Shown here: positions 1-12,704 of the stretch, piece after piece
How positions within the stretch are numbered: the stretch's first letter is position 1
Layout of the letters: every line of letters begins with the position of its first letter
NCBI GenBank assembly: GCA_002269645.1
Contig: NIVC01001113.1
Location: forward strand, 62,001-126,000
DNA: 64,000 nucleotides
Reading direction: 5' to 3'
Origin: Macrostomum lignano
Lineage: Eukaryota
Program-made: the position numbers and the translations under genes
Notes under the pieces: model-generated
The model's database searches: none
What the model was told of the DNA's origin: nothing
Seen by the model: only the letters and a program-made list of their open reading frames with translations

Positions 1-304
1 CCACAGAGAGGGGGTATCCGCACATCTCAAAATTCAGCCCCTCCCTCCCCAGTCAGAGTCAGAACCGGGGCGGTTGCATCCCCAGAAGCAGCTCGGGGTA
101 GAGCGTTGTTCACCCCTGGCCTCATCGTCTCCGCGCACCCTGCGCCGTCCACAACAGCAGGTCGTGTAACGCATTAAATAAAATAAAAGCATCGATAAAC
201 ATTGGCTACCCCAACTTAATAAAAGTTTATTTCAATGAAAGATTACCTGGCTCAATCAAGTTCACGACATGGAACAGCAATCTGACGTCTGTATGACGTG
301 TTTG

Positions 305-640
305 TCCGTAGCCCAGTGGTAAGAGTGTTGGACTCACGACTTAAAGCTCGGGGTTCAATTCTCGATCCCACTGGACATGTGTCCTTGAGCAAGACACTCA
401 ACTCTGCATTGCTTCAGTTCACCCAGCTGTAAAATGGGTGCCAGCATTAGCTGAGGTAATTGAGGGTGTGAGTGGCGACCGACCCCCCCCCCCCCCCCCC
501 AGTCCTTGGACTGAACAGCCGTACGCAGCCTTCAATAGCTGCAGCTGAGCTGTCGGTTGTGTAATGACTCAGAAGTCAGTCTCAATTTTGCAGTGCGAAA
601 ACGCTTGGCCCTCCAAGTAGGGCGAGAGCGCCGATATATA
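305..640 (+). mobile_element. tRNA-derived CORE-type SINE, apparently full length
   Basis: A-box TAGCCCAGTGG at 309-319 and B-box GTTCAATTC at 353-361. Segment 378-438 (TGTGTCCTTGAGCAAGACACTCAAC...CAGCTGTAAAATGGG) resembles the MIR/CORE domain as I recall it (TGTGACCTTGGGCAAGTTACTTAAC...CATCTGTAAAATGGG). A poly-C linker follows. The 3' tail 594-640 (GAAAACGCTT...GAGAGCGCCGATATATA) has a small GCCCT/AGGGC stem, like L2-type SINE tails. Confidence 0.75.
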
Positions 641-911
641 TTTTTTGGCTTTAGGTCTCGACCAATCACGTGCGGCCGCGTAGGCATAACAGGCAAAAAA
701 GGGGGAGGAAAGCCAGGGGTACAGTGTACACAAACTAAGTACAGTGCTTGAGCACCCCACACTGCTAGGCACCCCGTTTAGCAAAAACAAGCGAGTGCAG
801 GGCTGCGGCATGACAGGTTGCACATCTGCCTATTGGGGCAGGTGTAATCAATTATTATTATTAATATTATTATTATTATTATACTTAAACGAATTTGTTC
901 TCTGTCCACAG

Positions 912-3900
912 TTGCGCCACAGCAGTTACTGACCCCGGAGCTAAAGATTCGAACTTAAGTAACCACCGGCAAGACGAGCTATCAAAGACAAACAGCGTCA
1001 ACATAATTCGAGCTCAAACTGCCTCAGTTCGATTGACGCAGCGATCGGTAGGGCGAAGCTCGTCCTCGTCTTCAGCATCAACGTCTTCAGCATCTGACAG
1101 CGACGTCGACAAGAAAGAAACAGTCGATGTTCCTCGGCAACCGCCTCGACCGTCGACGCCAACACCGCCGACGCCAACACCGCCGACGCCACGTCCGAAA
1201 TCTTCACCAGCTACTGGGCAAAACTCGACGACTGCAAGCAAAACAAAGAAGCCGACCGCAGCTAGCCGTCGCAAGCGTCAGCCCGCCCTGCTGCCATCGC
1301 TGTTCCCCGGCGTACCTGCGGCGTTGAATTTCGCCGCCGAAGGCGAATTCTTAGAGCCAGCCAGCTCGCCGGTGCTGGAACGGACCCGACGCCAGCTGCT
1401 GAAGTGGCGGCTGAGTCCGGCTACTCCTGGCGTTGTCAGGCGCGTTGTGGCTCGGAGTGGATTCAAGTTTCTGCCCAGTATGTCGCCGCGTATACTAATG
1501 TAGCTTTGTTTACATCCAACTTTGCCGTTCGTCTACGAATCTTTCCCATGCTTCACTGGCAAGTTATATACATGTAGCTTTTGCCCGAAAACCCACAGTC
1601 AGCAGCAATTCCTTTGTGACAAGCAGTCGTGTCCATTCTGCTGACCCCTGAGCACGTACGCGAATTCATACTGTATGCATACGTAAGCAACACACTCACA
1701 AGAGCGGCCTTGAATTTCCCAATGTGACGCCTCTGATTCTGTACCAATCAATGGTGCCCCCAAAGTTAAACCCCCACCCTGCAATAAAAACCCTTGCTAA
1801 GCCACTTTTTGTGGATTGGCCCTCATTTGTGCGTGAATCGCACCGCTTGCTCAAAATCAAATTGTTGCCGCACAGGAAATAAACTCTAGCGGGTTTAGCG
1901 CCCTCCACATTGATTTCTACATTCGCAGCTACATTTAACGTTGATTTACAAACTTCAGAGACGGGTCCTGGGGATGAGTTTGATTGTGTTGGTGAGTGGC
2001 TTTTGAAACTGAATTCGATATAATTAAATATGAATAATAAACGATAAAACATTAGACATATGTATGCATGTGCCATTCTAGCCTAAACTTCATTCGCTTC
2101 AGAATCTGACGAATGGCTTGGCTATTTTGGTCGGCACATGAAACCCGCTGAGTTTAGCGCGATTCGAGAATATCAAAAGGTAATGCAGCGATTCGAGAAA
2201 CTGCTTACTAAATGCGTCCCGATCCTATATTGTCGGTTTTGAATGGGAACGCAATTTAATTAAATTATTGCAGGTGAACCACTTCCCCGGCAGTTTCACT
2301 CTTGGCCGCAAAGATCGACTCTGGCAGGGACTTCGCCGGTTTCGCGTCAAATACGGCGATTTTTTCGACATCGCGCCGGCCACGTACTGCCTGCCGGACG
2401 ACCTGCTGGCGCTTCGACAGGCCTGGGAAGCGGTGGCATCGAATTTGGACACTTCAATATCGGCGGCCTCCGCGTCTTCGGTGTCTTCCACTTCCTCGTT
2501 CTCGTCTGGCTCCGCGTCGGACGCCAATCTGGACTGTTCCGGATCGCCAATGTGGATTTTGAAGCCGCCGGCCAGTTGCCGGGGTCAGGGCATCCGCCTG
2601 CTGAACAAGTGGCACCAGGTGCCGAAGAGGAGGTCCGCCCTGATTCAGGTCGGTGATCCTGGAGACTTGACTTACTTGATTTAGCTGCAGGGCGGTCCGA
2701 AGACGCAGCGGGGAGGCGAGCGTCGCCCATTCCGCTAATCCCTGAAGAGCCCGCATAGGCTAGGGCGCGGGGGCGGTCAGGGAGGTCTGCCGGTCCTGTC
2801 TGCAGCGTTGTCTTCGCCGGGGAAAACGGAGGCTCGTTTGGTAGCCCGGAGGAACCGGATGAGCCGTGGGATGTTCTCGGGCCGGCAGGCGTCGTCCAGG
2901 GACGGGTTGGGTCCGAGGTAGTGGAGCCAGTCTCGATTGAAGGCCGGACAGTAGCAGATGAAGTGCTTGGCATCTTCATTTTCGAGGTTGCAGAAGAGGC
3001 AGAGTTCGCTCCGGTGGACGCCTCAGAGGAAACAGTGCCTGGCAAAGCAACCGTGACATGTGAAGGTCATAGGCCCATAGGCCTAGCCTGTCTCATACTT
3101 CACAGGCATACTAATGCGCCTTCGTGAGCGTGATCCCGGGAGAGAGAGTAGAGACGGAGAGAAAACCACAGCCAATCAGAAACGAGATAGAGATGCGCAG
3201 GTTAGATAGGCAAAGATGCAGAGAGATACAAGGACCACTAGTAGTTACCGTTGTATCAGTTGTGACGACTTGAATTTTAAAATTAATTGATCCAACTAAA
3301 ATATCCAACCATGCAACCATAATTTATTAATTAGCTAGAGCTCGTAGAAATAAAGGCACATCAAATTTTAAACGAGTTGTAAGTTTGCATGTAATGATAT
3401 AGGAGTCAAAGAATTTGCATCTTTGCTTTAATTATGGCTTCAAAAACATTTTTCATTGCTCAAACTGCAGGAATACATTAATCGTCCCTATCTTATCGAC
3501 GGCAATAAATTCGATCTGAGGGTGTACGTCTATGTGACCTCATTTGACCCGTTGAGAGCCTACGTGCACGAGTTGGTAAGCTAATAGGGCTTTAAAACTT
3601 CACATCTATGTATATGCCAAACTTATGCTTATGTGCTCAGCAGCATCGAAAAGTCGCCATCATAGAAGATTCCGTCTGTGGTCGCCACTTTTGAGAGTGC
3701 AAGTAAAGTCTCTCAATCTTTGCCAGTGACGCAACTTAGTGACGCTGCGATAGACTTAGTTGAGGAATGAAGTGGGGGAGCGGTGTGTGAGGGTTGGACG
3801 GATTAAAGCTGCCCCGATCAGTTTTCTCGAGTGGCGACTTTTCAATGTTTCTGATTATACATTACTCGTACTTTACGGTCTTTACGGTGTAAACCTTCCA

Positions 3901-6900
3901 ATTTTCAATACAAGCGTACCATTCCGCAGGGTCTGGTCCGTTTCGCCAGTTCTCAATATGACGCATCAGATCCTGGCAATCGATTCGCTCACCTGACGAA
4001 CTACAGCGTTAACAAGCACAGTCGAACCTATCGACCATCACAGCAGGACGGTTCGGGTCACAAATGGAGCCTACAGGCACTGTGGACTAGGCTGCGTTCA
4101 GAGGGTCGTAACCCTCTGGCTGTGTGGGAATCTGTGAAACTGGTTGTGCTCAAAGCTCTGCTCAGCGGCCAGGCTCACATAGCCAATCAGGTGCGTCTGC
4201 TCTGCAGACGGTCCTGCTGCGCTCACGAACTATTCGGATTTGACATACTGTTGGATGAAGACCTGCGGCCCTGGCTGCTTGAGGTTGGCTATTTGAATTA
4301 AATTGACTGTTCAAATATGCTAGCAAAATCATTTCTACTATAGACGTGGTACATTAAATTTCGTAAATAAACGTTAGTTACGTAAATTCTAGGTGCAATT
4401 AGTCCGATTCCTGCGCCAGAATGCCGTTACGTCACATTAATTTGGCGTTCGCGAAATTGACACCCATAAGCATCAACCTTTCAAGGCGCAGAGTGTAAAG
4501 TTCCGGACGATCAAAGAGAGTTAAGGCTCATTCACACTGCCATCAAATGAGCAATCAAAGCCCACGACCATTGTACGTACAAAGGAATCGAATTTGATGT
4601 ACAAGTTGTGTCACCACACGAAATTTGACCTCATTTGATGGCGGTGTGAACGAGCCTTAGTATTTCTTTAACGTCACCTTAAGTTCAGTTTATTTTGTGT
4701 TTAGGATTTTAAAAGGGAGATACTCGTAATTCGTACGAGCGCAAGGTTCTTAGTAGACAGCGGAGACAAGCAAGTAACCAAGTAACTCCAGTATGAAACT
4801 TATGACTTTCGTATCTCGTATGTGTTTCTACAAGCGTATTTATCTGGCTCTCTAATTGCTTTATTGTCAGAAGTCAATTCTACGACAATTGACTGCCAGC
4901 AATAAAGGTTGATAATGTTATAGGTCAATTGGCAATGCTCCCATTAAAACAGTTCCCCTTTTGGTGGGTTTGAACAGGCTTCTCTCAAGCGTTAGGTGAC
5001 ACCGATTTTACTCAGGCGATGTGTTCCTTACTACCAAGACCTACTTAGTAATCAAGGAACAATCACTTCTAGCTACTTTGCTAGGCAACCCAGTTATCAA
5101 ATGAAGGTATATGTTACCTTGAGTCCGGTTTGAGAGATCTCCTTGTAGTTTTCGTCCAATGAGTTGTTCTCGCAATCTGTTGCGTTCCTGTCCTTCAGGA
5201 AGTGTAGACGTCTAGAATCGGTCGATCTGGTCCTGTATCTTCTTTTGCTTCCGCTGAAGTTGTTTCCGGCCGGTGTCTGCAGTCAGGACCAATCAGAGGC
5301 CTCGTATCAACAATGGGTACCCTACGCCGAACTGCGGTTTCACTAAAGCCTTCTCCTTCTAGTAGTGCCTCCCTGCACTCTAGGTATTGCTCCGGGTAGT
5401 CCTTCGGGCGACTACGGCCAATGGAGTCACAAATGGACTCAAGAGTCTCAATAGACTCTAACACTATCACAATAGTGAGTCGACTCAAACAACGGGCGCA
5501 AATGATCAAGGCTTACCGCAACAACTCGACCGAGTCTCGATTGACTAGGTGATTAGGAAGTCTTCCTAAAGCTTCCTCTTCGGAGCTCCTCCAGTCGTCG
5601 GGAGTTGGCTCCTGGTCCACTTCGGACCACTTGTATTTATAGGCAAATGGACCTCTCTCGAGGTAGTCCATCACTTTTTCGTAAATGTCAAAAGGTCACG
5701 CCTTGGTTGCTGTCATGCCGGACAGGGTAGAAAGTTAAGCAACTAGTCTAGTGTAAGCGCGCGTGATTGGTTACCGTAGCTGAGCTATTTTTAGATACCT
5801 TTGATTGGTTCATCCGGGTGCAAGCCGAATGATGAATTGTAGGTGGGGTTTGAACTGACAAATGTAGGTCCCACGTGACCAATGATGAATCGCAGATGGG
5901 GTTTGAACTGACAAATGTAGGTCACGCATGATTGGTGGGTTGCTAAAAATAACATGCCCGAGTTTTCTCTCTTTTGATTGGTTGATTAAAAAATATATAT
6001 GGTTCAACGCTTATTCTTATACATGCTACTTGTCTTACTACTATGTAAGTAGCGCGTTAACAATTTTATCACTTTTTTGAGGAAGGTAGAACACTCTACA
6101 CAGGCCCTCCCAAAAGTTACAAGACCCATAAGCCCCATCCTCAAAATAAGTACATTTGACCACCGCTTTTTGCTGAACCATTTCGACGCCCTTTCACATC
6201 GCCAGGTGAATGTGTCGCCTTCGTTGAACACGGATACACAGCTGGACAACCGCATCAAGGATGCGGTCATTGCGGACGCGTTGCGGCTCGCCGGGTTCCG
6301 ACTGCCGCCAGGCGCGCAGGACCCGGAGCTCAGCAGCTTCGACAGCGACGACTATGACAGCGATGAAGGCGGCAGCGGCGGCAAAGAGAAGTCACCTGCT
6401 GGACCTGCTGCCGAGTTGGACATTGGTGGGTGGCTACTGCAATTCTGCTTGCAGTTAAATGTGTCTGGACGATCTGCCTAAGTTAGGACGATTCTCTCTT
6501 TGACAAGGGCGATTCTCATTTTGGTAGTGGCGATTCTCATTTTGGTTGAGGCGATTCTCATTTCCAGGGTAGAGGCGATTCTCATTTGGGAAGAGGCGAT
6601 TCTCATTTGGGTAGAGGCGATTCTCATTTGGGTAGAGGAGATTCTCATTTGGGTAGAGGCGATTCTCATTTTGGTAGTGGCGATTCTCATTTTGGTAAAG
6701 GCGATTCTCATTTTGGTTGAGGCGATTCTCATTTTGGTTGAGGCGATTCTCATTTCCAGGGTAGAGGCGATTCTCATTTGGGAAGAGGCGATTCTCATTT
6801 GGGTAGAGGCGATTCTCATTTGGGTAGAGGAGATTCTCATTTGGGTAGAGGCGATTCTCATTTTGGTAGTGGCGATTCTCATTTTGGTAAAGGCGATTCT

Positions 6901-8570
6901 TATTTTGGTAGAGGTGATTCTCATTTTTGTTGAGGCGATTCTCATTTGGGTAGAGGAGATTCTCATTTTGGTAGAGGCGATTCTCATTTGGGTAGAGGCG
7001 ATTCTCATTTTGGTAGAGGCGATTCTCATTTTGGTAAAGGCGATTCTCATTTGGGTAGAGGCGATTCTCATTTTGGTAGAGGCGATTCTCATTTTGGTTG
7101 AGGCGATTCTCATTTTCGTTGAGACAATTCTCATTTTGGTTGAGGCGATTCTCATTTGGGTAGTGGCGATTCTCATTTGGGCAGAGGCGATTCTCATTTT
7201 GGTAGAGGCGATTCTCATTTCCAGGGTAGAGGCGATTCTCATTTGGGTAGAGGCGATTCTCATTTTGGTAGAGGCGATTCTCATTTGGGTAGAGGCGATT
7301 CTCATTTTGGTAGTGGCGATTCTCATTTTGGTAAAGGCGATTCTCATTTGGGAAGAGGCGATTCTCATTTCGGTAGAGGCGATTCTCATTTGGGTAGAGG
7401 CGATTCTCATTTTGGTAAAGGCGATTCTCATTTTGGTTGAGGCGATTCTCATTTGGGTAGAGGCGATTCTCATTTTGGTTGAGGCGATTCTCATTTGGGT
7501 AGAGGCGATTCTCATTTGGGTAAAGGCGATTCTCATTTTGGTAAAGGCGATTCTCATTTGGGTAGAGGCGATTCTCATTTGGGAAGAGGCGATTCTCATT
7601 TTGGTAAAGGCGATTCTCATTTGGGTAAAGGCGATTCTCATTGTATTCGCAGGCCTGCCACCAACTGGAAGACCCTCGACCAGCGGCGCCCCCAGAACCG
7701 TGGCAGCCGCGCCGCCCTCATCGCCCAGCCATTCATCTTCTCGCCTTGCCGACGACGAGCGCGCAAAACGCGCCTTCTTTTGCGCGCCCAGCTGGCGCCG
7801 GCGCCTGCCACGCCTGCTAGACGGTCCGCTGACGCCGCGCGACCTTCGCTGTCTGACGCGCGCAGTCGACGAATATCAACGACGCGGCGGTTTCGAGAGG
7901 CTGGCACCGGCTGGCGGAGATCTGGGGCTCCGGTGCCTGTCCTGCTGCGGCGGGAGGCCAAGCTACTCCAGCCTGCTGCTGCACGCCTTCGTCAGCAGGT
8001 ATTTGGTGACTTGGCTCAGTTTAAGTAGGCTGTACTCAAGATGACACTTGAATAACAAAAGTTCACGTGTTATGTTATTGCCAACTGTGTAATCTTATGA
8101 GGGACTGTTGAACTTTAAATATCTCGACAGTCTTTGTGCCTGAAAAGGACCGTTTTAATTAAAATATTTTCATTACTCATTAAACCTACAAATCAAACAG
8201 TAGCATCTGAAATTTTTCAAGTGCCCAGAAAGAGCCGTTTTAGTTAGAATATTTAGCCTAATCATTGAAACCACAAATGAGACAGTAGTGTCTGAAATTT
8301 TCCAAGTGTCCAAAAAGGGCCGTTTTAGTCAGAATATTTAGCCTAATTATTGAAACTGCAAATGACACAGTAGTATCTGAAATTTTCCAAGTGCCCAAAA
8401 AGGGCCGTTTTTAATTTTCTATTTTGTTGTAAACCAAACAACCATGCAGGTACGGCCACGCTGGAAAAGAAGGCATCAACTTGCTGGTTGCCGGCTGCCG
8501 TGCGGGGCTGCACAAGTCCTCGGATGCCACCGACAGACAGTTGTGGAGCCCGCCTGCGGGCCTGCGCTGA
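912..8570 (+). CDS. TTLL4: Tubulin glutamylase TTLL4-like, spliced; 5' start uncertain
   Basis: Phase-consistent GT-AG exons: 912-1477, 2103-2179, 2274-2648, 3471-3575, 3930-4283, 6206-6425, 7653-7998, 8450-8570 (TGA). Motifs: [123 protein letters not shown] possible phase-2 upstream exon lies at 810-841. Confidence 0.93.
2666..3062 (-). mobile_element. 5'-truncated non-LTR retrotransposon 3' end (I/LOA/R1-like CCHC knuckle) in a TTLL4 intron
   Basis: Minus frame reads [61 protein letters not shown], with an internal stop at 3023-3025 and a terminal stop at 2777-2779. It is followed by a short 3' UTR and a CAAGT/AAGT tandem tail at 2666-2683. Confidence 0.7.
6488..7642. repeat. 21-bp minisatellite (GATTCTCATTTGGGTAGAGGC) in a TTLL4 intron
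   Basis: Visible 21-nt period; ends about 10 nt before the acceptor at 7651-7652. Confidence 0.97.
8140..8415. repeat. 85-bp tandem repeat, about 3 copies, in the last TTLL4 intron
   Basis: TCTGAAATTTT recurs at 8206, 8291 and 8376. Confidence 0.9.
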
Positions 8571-9224
8571 CCGATGGTCACGTGACAGGATTTTGCTCTC
8601 GGGGTTTGGGAGTTTGCCGACCAGCCGAGCCATAGAAAGTCAATTCCATCCCAGAATCCCTATTCAATCTCATACAATCTGAATTCTGTTTCATAGAATC
8701 AAGACTATGCATTAAATATATATTCGCCACTTTAATTTATCCTAGTTAGCAGAATTCTAAATAGTTTAGCTTTATTTTTTTCTATTTTAGTTTCAAAAAA
8801 GATTTTGCTTCCAATGTTTTTGTGTTTTTACTTCAAGTAGCAAAACGCAGGCATACGAGCGTATCTTAGATTTGCGAGCTATGTTCCTTTCACATGTGAG
8901 GCATTTATTGCTTGCTCAATTCTGCTATTAATTCAATATCTGATCAATAGCCGATTTAGTTGCTCTATGTTTAAATAACTATTTCTGTAATTATGTCTGT
9001 CCATTTACATTGATATTCAATTTTTGTCCTGCTATTAATATCCATATCTTAAGAACCTGAGATACAGACTTGAAAGGCAATTCTGTGTTGTCTGTATTAG
9101 AAAAAATTATATTGTTCTGTTATTTTTCGCTTTCAATTATTTTATTTTATTTTCAAAGTATTTCTAAACTACTGAAATTATTTACTCATTTCTGGTTGGG
9201 GGGAGGCTTGCTGAATGTCAATCT

Positions 9225-10270
9225 AGACTTCTCCACGCTCTGCTTTTTCTGCTGTCTCCTCTCCCATCTGCTCTCTCATCTGCTCTCCCCCTCTGCTCTC
9301 CCCCCTGCTCTCCTCTCTGCTCTCCTCTCTGCTCCCCCCTCTGCTCTCCTCTCTGCTCTCCCCCCCTGCTCTCCCATCTGCTCTCCTCTCTGCTCTCCTC
9401 TCTGCTCTCCTCTCTGCTCTCCTCTCTGCTCTCCTCTCTGCTCTCCTCTCTGCTCTCCTCTCTGCTCTCCTCTATGCTCTCCTCTATGCTCTCCTCTCTG
9501 CTCTCCTCTCTGCTCTCCCCCTCTGCTCTCCTCTCTGCTCTCCCCCCTGCTCTCCCATCTGCTCTCCTCTCTGCTCTCCTCTCTGCTCTCATCTCTGCTC
9601 TCCTCTCTGCTCTCCTCTCTGCTCTCCTCTCTGCTCTCCTCTATGCTCTCCTCTCTGCTCTCCTCTCTGCTCTCCTCTCTGCTCTCCTCTCTGCTCTCCC
9701 CCCTGCTCTCCCATCTGCTCTCCTCTCTGCTCTCCTCTCTGCTCTCCTCTCTGCTCTCCTCTCTGCTCTCCTCTCTGCTCTCCTCTCTGCTCTCCTCTAT
9801 GCTCTTCTCTCTGCTCTCCTCTCTGCTCTCCTCTCTGCTCTCCTCTATGCTCTCCTCTCTGCTCTCCTCTCTGCTCTCCTCTCTGCTCTCCTCTATGCTC
9901 TCCTCTCTGCTCTCCTCTCTGCTCTCCTCTCTGCTCTCCTCTCTGCTCTCCCATCTGCTCTTCTCTTTGAGAAGAGCATCCTCTCATCCTCTTCTCTTTG
10001 AGAAGAGTCCTCTGCTCTCTTCTCTGCTCTCTCATCTGCTCTCGTCTCTGCTCTCCTCTCTGCTCTCCTCTCTGCTCTCCTCTCTGCTCTCCTCTCTGCT
10101 CTCCTCTCTGCTCTCTCATCTGCTCTCCTCTCTGCTCTCCTCTCTGCTCTCCCCTCTGCTCCCCCCCTCCCCTTTCCTTCCCCTCTCCCCTCTCCCTCCC
10201 CTTTTCCCTCCTCTTCTCCATCTCCCTTCCTATTATCTTTTCTCTCTTCCTTCTCTTCTCTTCCTTTCCC
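9225..10270. repeat. 12-bp CT-rich minisatellite (TCTGCTCTCCTC)
   Basis: Visible period; produces the artefactual LLSS/EQRG ORFs. Confidence 0.95.
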
Positions 10271-10851
10271 CCCGCCTCCTGGCATGCGGTAAAACTCCTT
10301 TATTTGGTGCTATTCACAATTGTTGCGGCGCAGAGTGTTGCATGAAATTTCGCCCAAAATTAGACTAGCAGCTGTTGGTGTGTAGGGTTCATATTTTTGT
10401 GAGGCACTGAAGCGCTGTTAAGAGGCATGTTTTGACGTTTTCCCTATCAATTGTCAATCATTTTTTTTGTCTTGAAAACCTCCGCCTCAACTGACGTAGC
10501 TGATGGGTTGGGACTGGCTAGAACTGTTGTAAAGACTGCGTGACGTAGAACAATAAAAGTTTTAAATTGTCTTCTTGAAGCTTTTGCTGGTTGCAGGGAA
10601 AGCATCGACTGCATGAGAGACCGATCTTGAAAAAAGTGTTTTTTGCTGAGGAGGCAGGCAGGGTTCTCGTTAAGAGTCGAAAGCAGCTAAAGCAGCCGAC
10701 ACACTTCAAAGGACAGCAGCAGTTCTATGCTACTAACTGTAGAAACCAAGCCTTGCACGCTTAATAGCTCTTTGAGTATAATTTAAGTATGGAGTGCTCA
10801 TGGAGTGCTGTGCGGTTGAGAAAGATCACATTGCAAATTAAGCCAGAGTGT

Positions 10852-11600
10852 TAAAGCCTCAGTGGGTACTGAATCTGCAGGGCTAAATCTCATTGTGGGT
10901 GTTGAATCTGCAGGGCTAAAACCTCATGGAGGGTGCTGAATCTGGAGGACTTAAACCTCAGAGAGGGTGTTGAATCTGGAGGGCTAAAACCTCATGGAGG
11001 GTGCTGAATCTGGAGGGTTTAAACCTCATGGAGGGTGCTGAATCTGGAGGGCTTAAACCTCAGAGAGGGTGTTGAATCTGGAGGGCTAAAACCTCATGGA
11101 GGGTGACGAATCTGGAGGGTTTAAACCTCATGGAGGGTGCTGAATCTGGAGGGCTTAAACCTCATGGAGGGTGCTGAATCTGGAGGGCTTAAACCTCATG
11201 GAGGGAGTTGAATCTGGAGGGCTTAAACCTCATGGAGGGTGTTGAATCTGGAGGGCTAAAACCTCATGGAGGGTGCTGAATCTGGAAGGCTAAAACCTCA
11301 TGGAGGGTGCTGAATCTGGAGGGCTTAAACCTCATGGAGGGTGCTGAATCTAGAGGGCTTAAACCTCATGGAGGGTGTTGAATCTGGAGGGCTTAAACCT
11401 CATGGAGGGTGTTGAATCTGGAGGGCTAAAACCTCATGGAGGGTGCTGAATCTGGAAGGCTAAAGCCTCATGGAGGGTGCTGAATCTGGAGGGCTTAAAC
11501 CTCATGGAGGGTGCTGAATCTGGAGGGCTTAAACCTCATGGAGGGTGTTGAATCTGGAGGGCTAAAACCTCATGGAGGGTGCTGAATCTGGAGGGCTAAG
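10852..11600. repeat. 34-bp minisatellite (CTGAATCTGGAGGGCTTAAACCTCATGGAGGGTG)
   Basis: AATCTG recurs at 11041 and 11075, and so on. Confidence 0.95.
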
Positions 11601-11759
11601 ACAGTTCTTGCTGAAATTTACGCAGCAAAAATACGATGTTTTGCTTAGCCAATGAAATCTATTTTAGAGTAAGCCACCTGAAGTACGGTTGTCATAAATT
11701 CAAAGCCAGTTTCCAACTGCAGCTAACCTGTTTTTTGGAAACGCTCTGACTCGATAATC

Positions 11760-12704
11760 ATGTATCAGGTAGTTAAAGTTGTATCTTCGATTATTTTGTT
11801 AATCTCTGTCTGGCCCCCGGCTCTGACGGAGTCATGCTTTGAAGTTCAAGAACTCAAAGCCTGCCCTGATTGCTTGAACAGCCTGCCGGGCAAGACGGCA
11901 ATACCCAAACACGTCTGTTGGATAACAAAACTGCAAAAAGAAATGGAATCTGAAACAATTGGGGGCGTCGGTTAAATCCTTTCAAATGGTAGCTCGGGAG
12001 ATTTTCACCTTCTAACTAGCGAGTGCCCTCTAAAGTGCCTACCAAAGCCGTCCGTGGAACTCCTGGAGTCCTGACTCCCGTGTCGGACACCCGATGCTCC
12101 AACCGTGCCTCATCACCTGGTCTTCACCATCAAAGCTGGAGTTGGCCACAAAGCCTGGGACTCTTTCGTTACGGCATCTGGCAATGAGCACGTCCTGACG
12201 GTGGAGAGTGAGAACTCAGCTGCTGGACAGCCGGATGTGTTCCGATCGGATGCGTTGGACAATTTGAACGAACTGAAGAACCATCTACACAAACGGGAGT
12301 TTCTAGTGATCGTGTACAAGTCAAACACTCCAGTTATTCGGCTGACTTTTGACGCTTCCAAGCCAGGACTCACGCTGCAGAACTGGTTCGCACCAGATGG
12401 TTTCAAATCGAGCTGGCCCGTAGTTGACATTGCCAGCAGGAATTTCAACTATTTTTCCGTGGCTGGTCACGTGTCCACTAGATCTGGATGGAGCCACGAG
12501 CGCAGATTTTTCATCAACTACAACTACGGCGGTGTTTGCTCAACTGACGCTGGAGTGCTAATGGTGATGGACACTGACGACGTCTGCGACTTTGCCAAGG
12601 GCAACTTCACCGCTGCGCCAAGGATTCTGTTCACGACTAGCTCGACTGGTCACTGGAATACGGATGTCCAGCGAGCGGACAGGCTGTCCATCTTTGTGGC
12701 CTAG
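11760..12704 (+). pseudogene. Probable pseudogene of a secreted protein: signal peptide, Cys-containing PAN/apple-like segment and a C-terminal invertebrate extracellular domain
   Basis: Track ORFs 11760-11975 and 12105-12704 share one frame, broken only by TAA 11973-11975 and TGA 12072-12074. The N-terminus is hydrophobic (VVSSIILLISVWPPALT). The C-terminal part carries RRFFINYNYGGVC..DAGVLMV..D and ends AD.LSIFV, a pattern I recall from uncharacterised lophotrochozoan/cnidarian secreted proteins. Confidence 0.6.

Noticed and set aside
305-375. Functional tRNA gene
   Set aside because: Has A/B boxes but no convincing acceptor stem, and continues directly into CORE-SINE sequence.
4714-4729. 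16-mer AGGGAGATACTCGTAA also found at 34421-34436
   Set aside because: Flanks do not align and no matching inverted terminus was found; too short to call an element.
6478-8044. 514-aa and 387-aa ORFs (EAILIWV/MRIASTK repeats)
   Set aside because: Translations of a 21-bp intronic array; only 7653-7998 is a real TTLL4 exon.
11973-12074. Stop-codon reassignment, selenocysteine or programmed readthrough
   Set aside because: TAA and TGA terminate other genes in this window; two different stops would both need recoding; no SECIS recognised.
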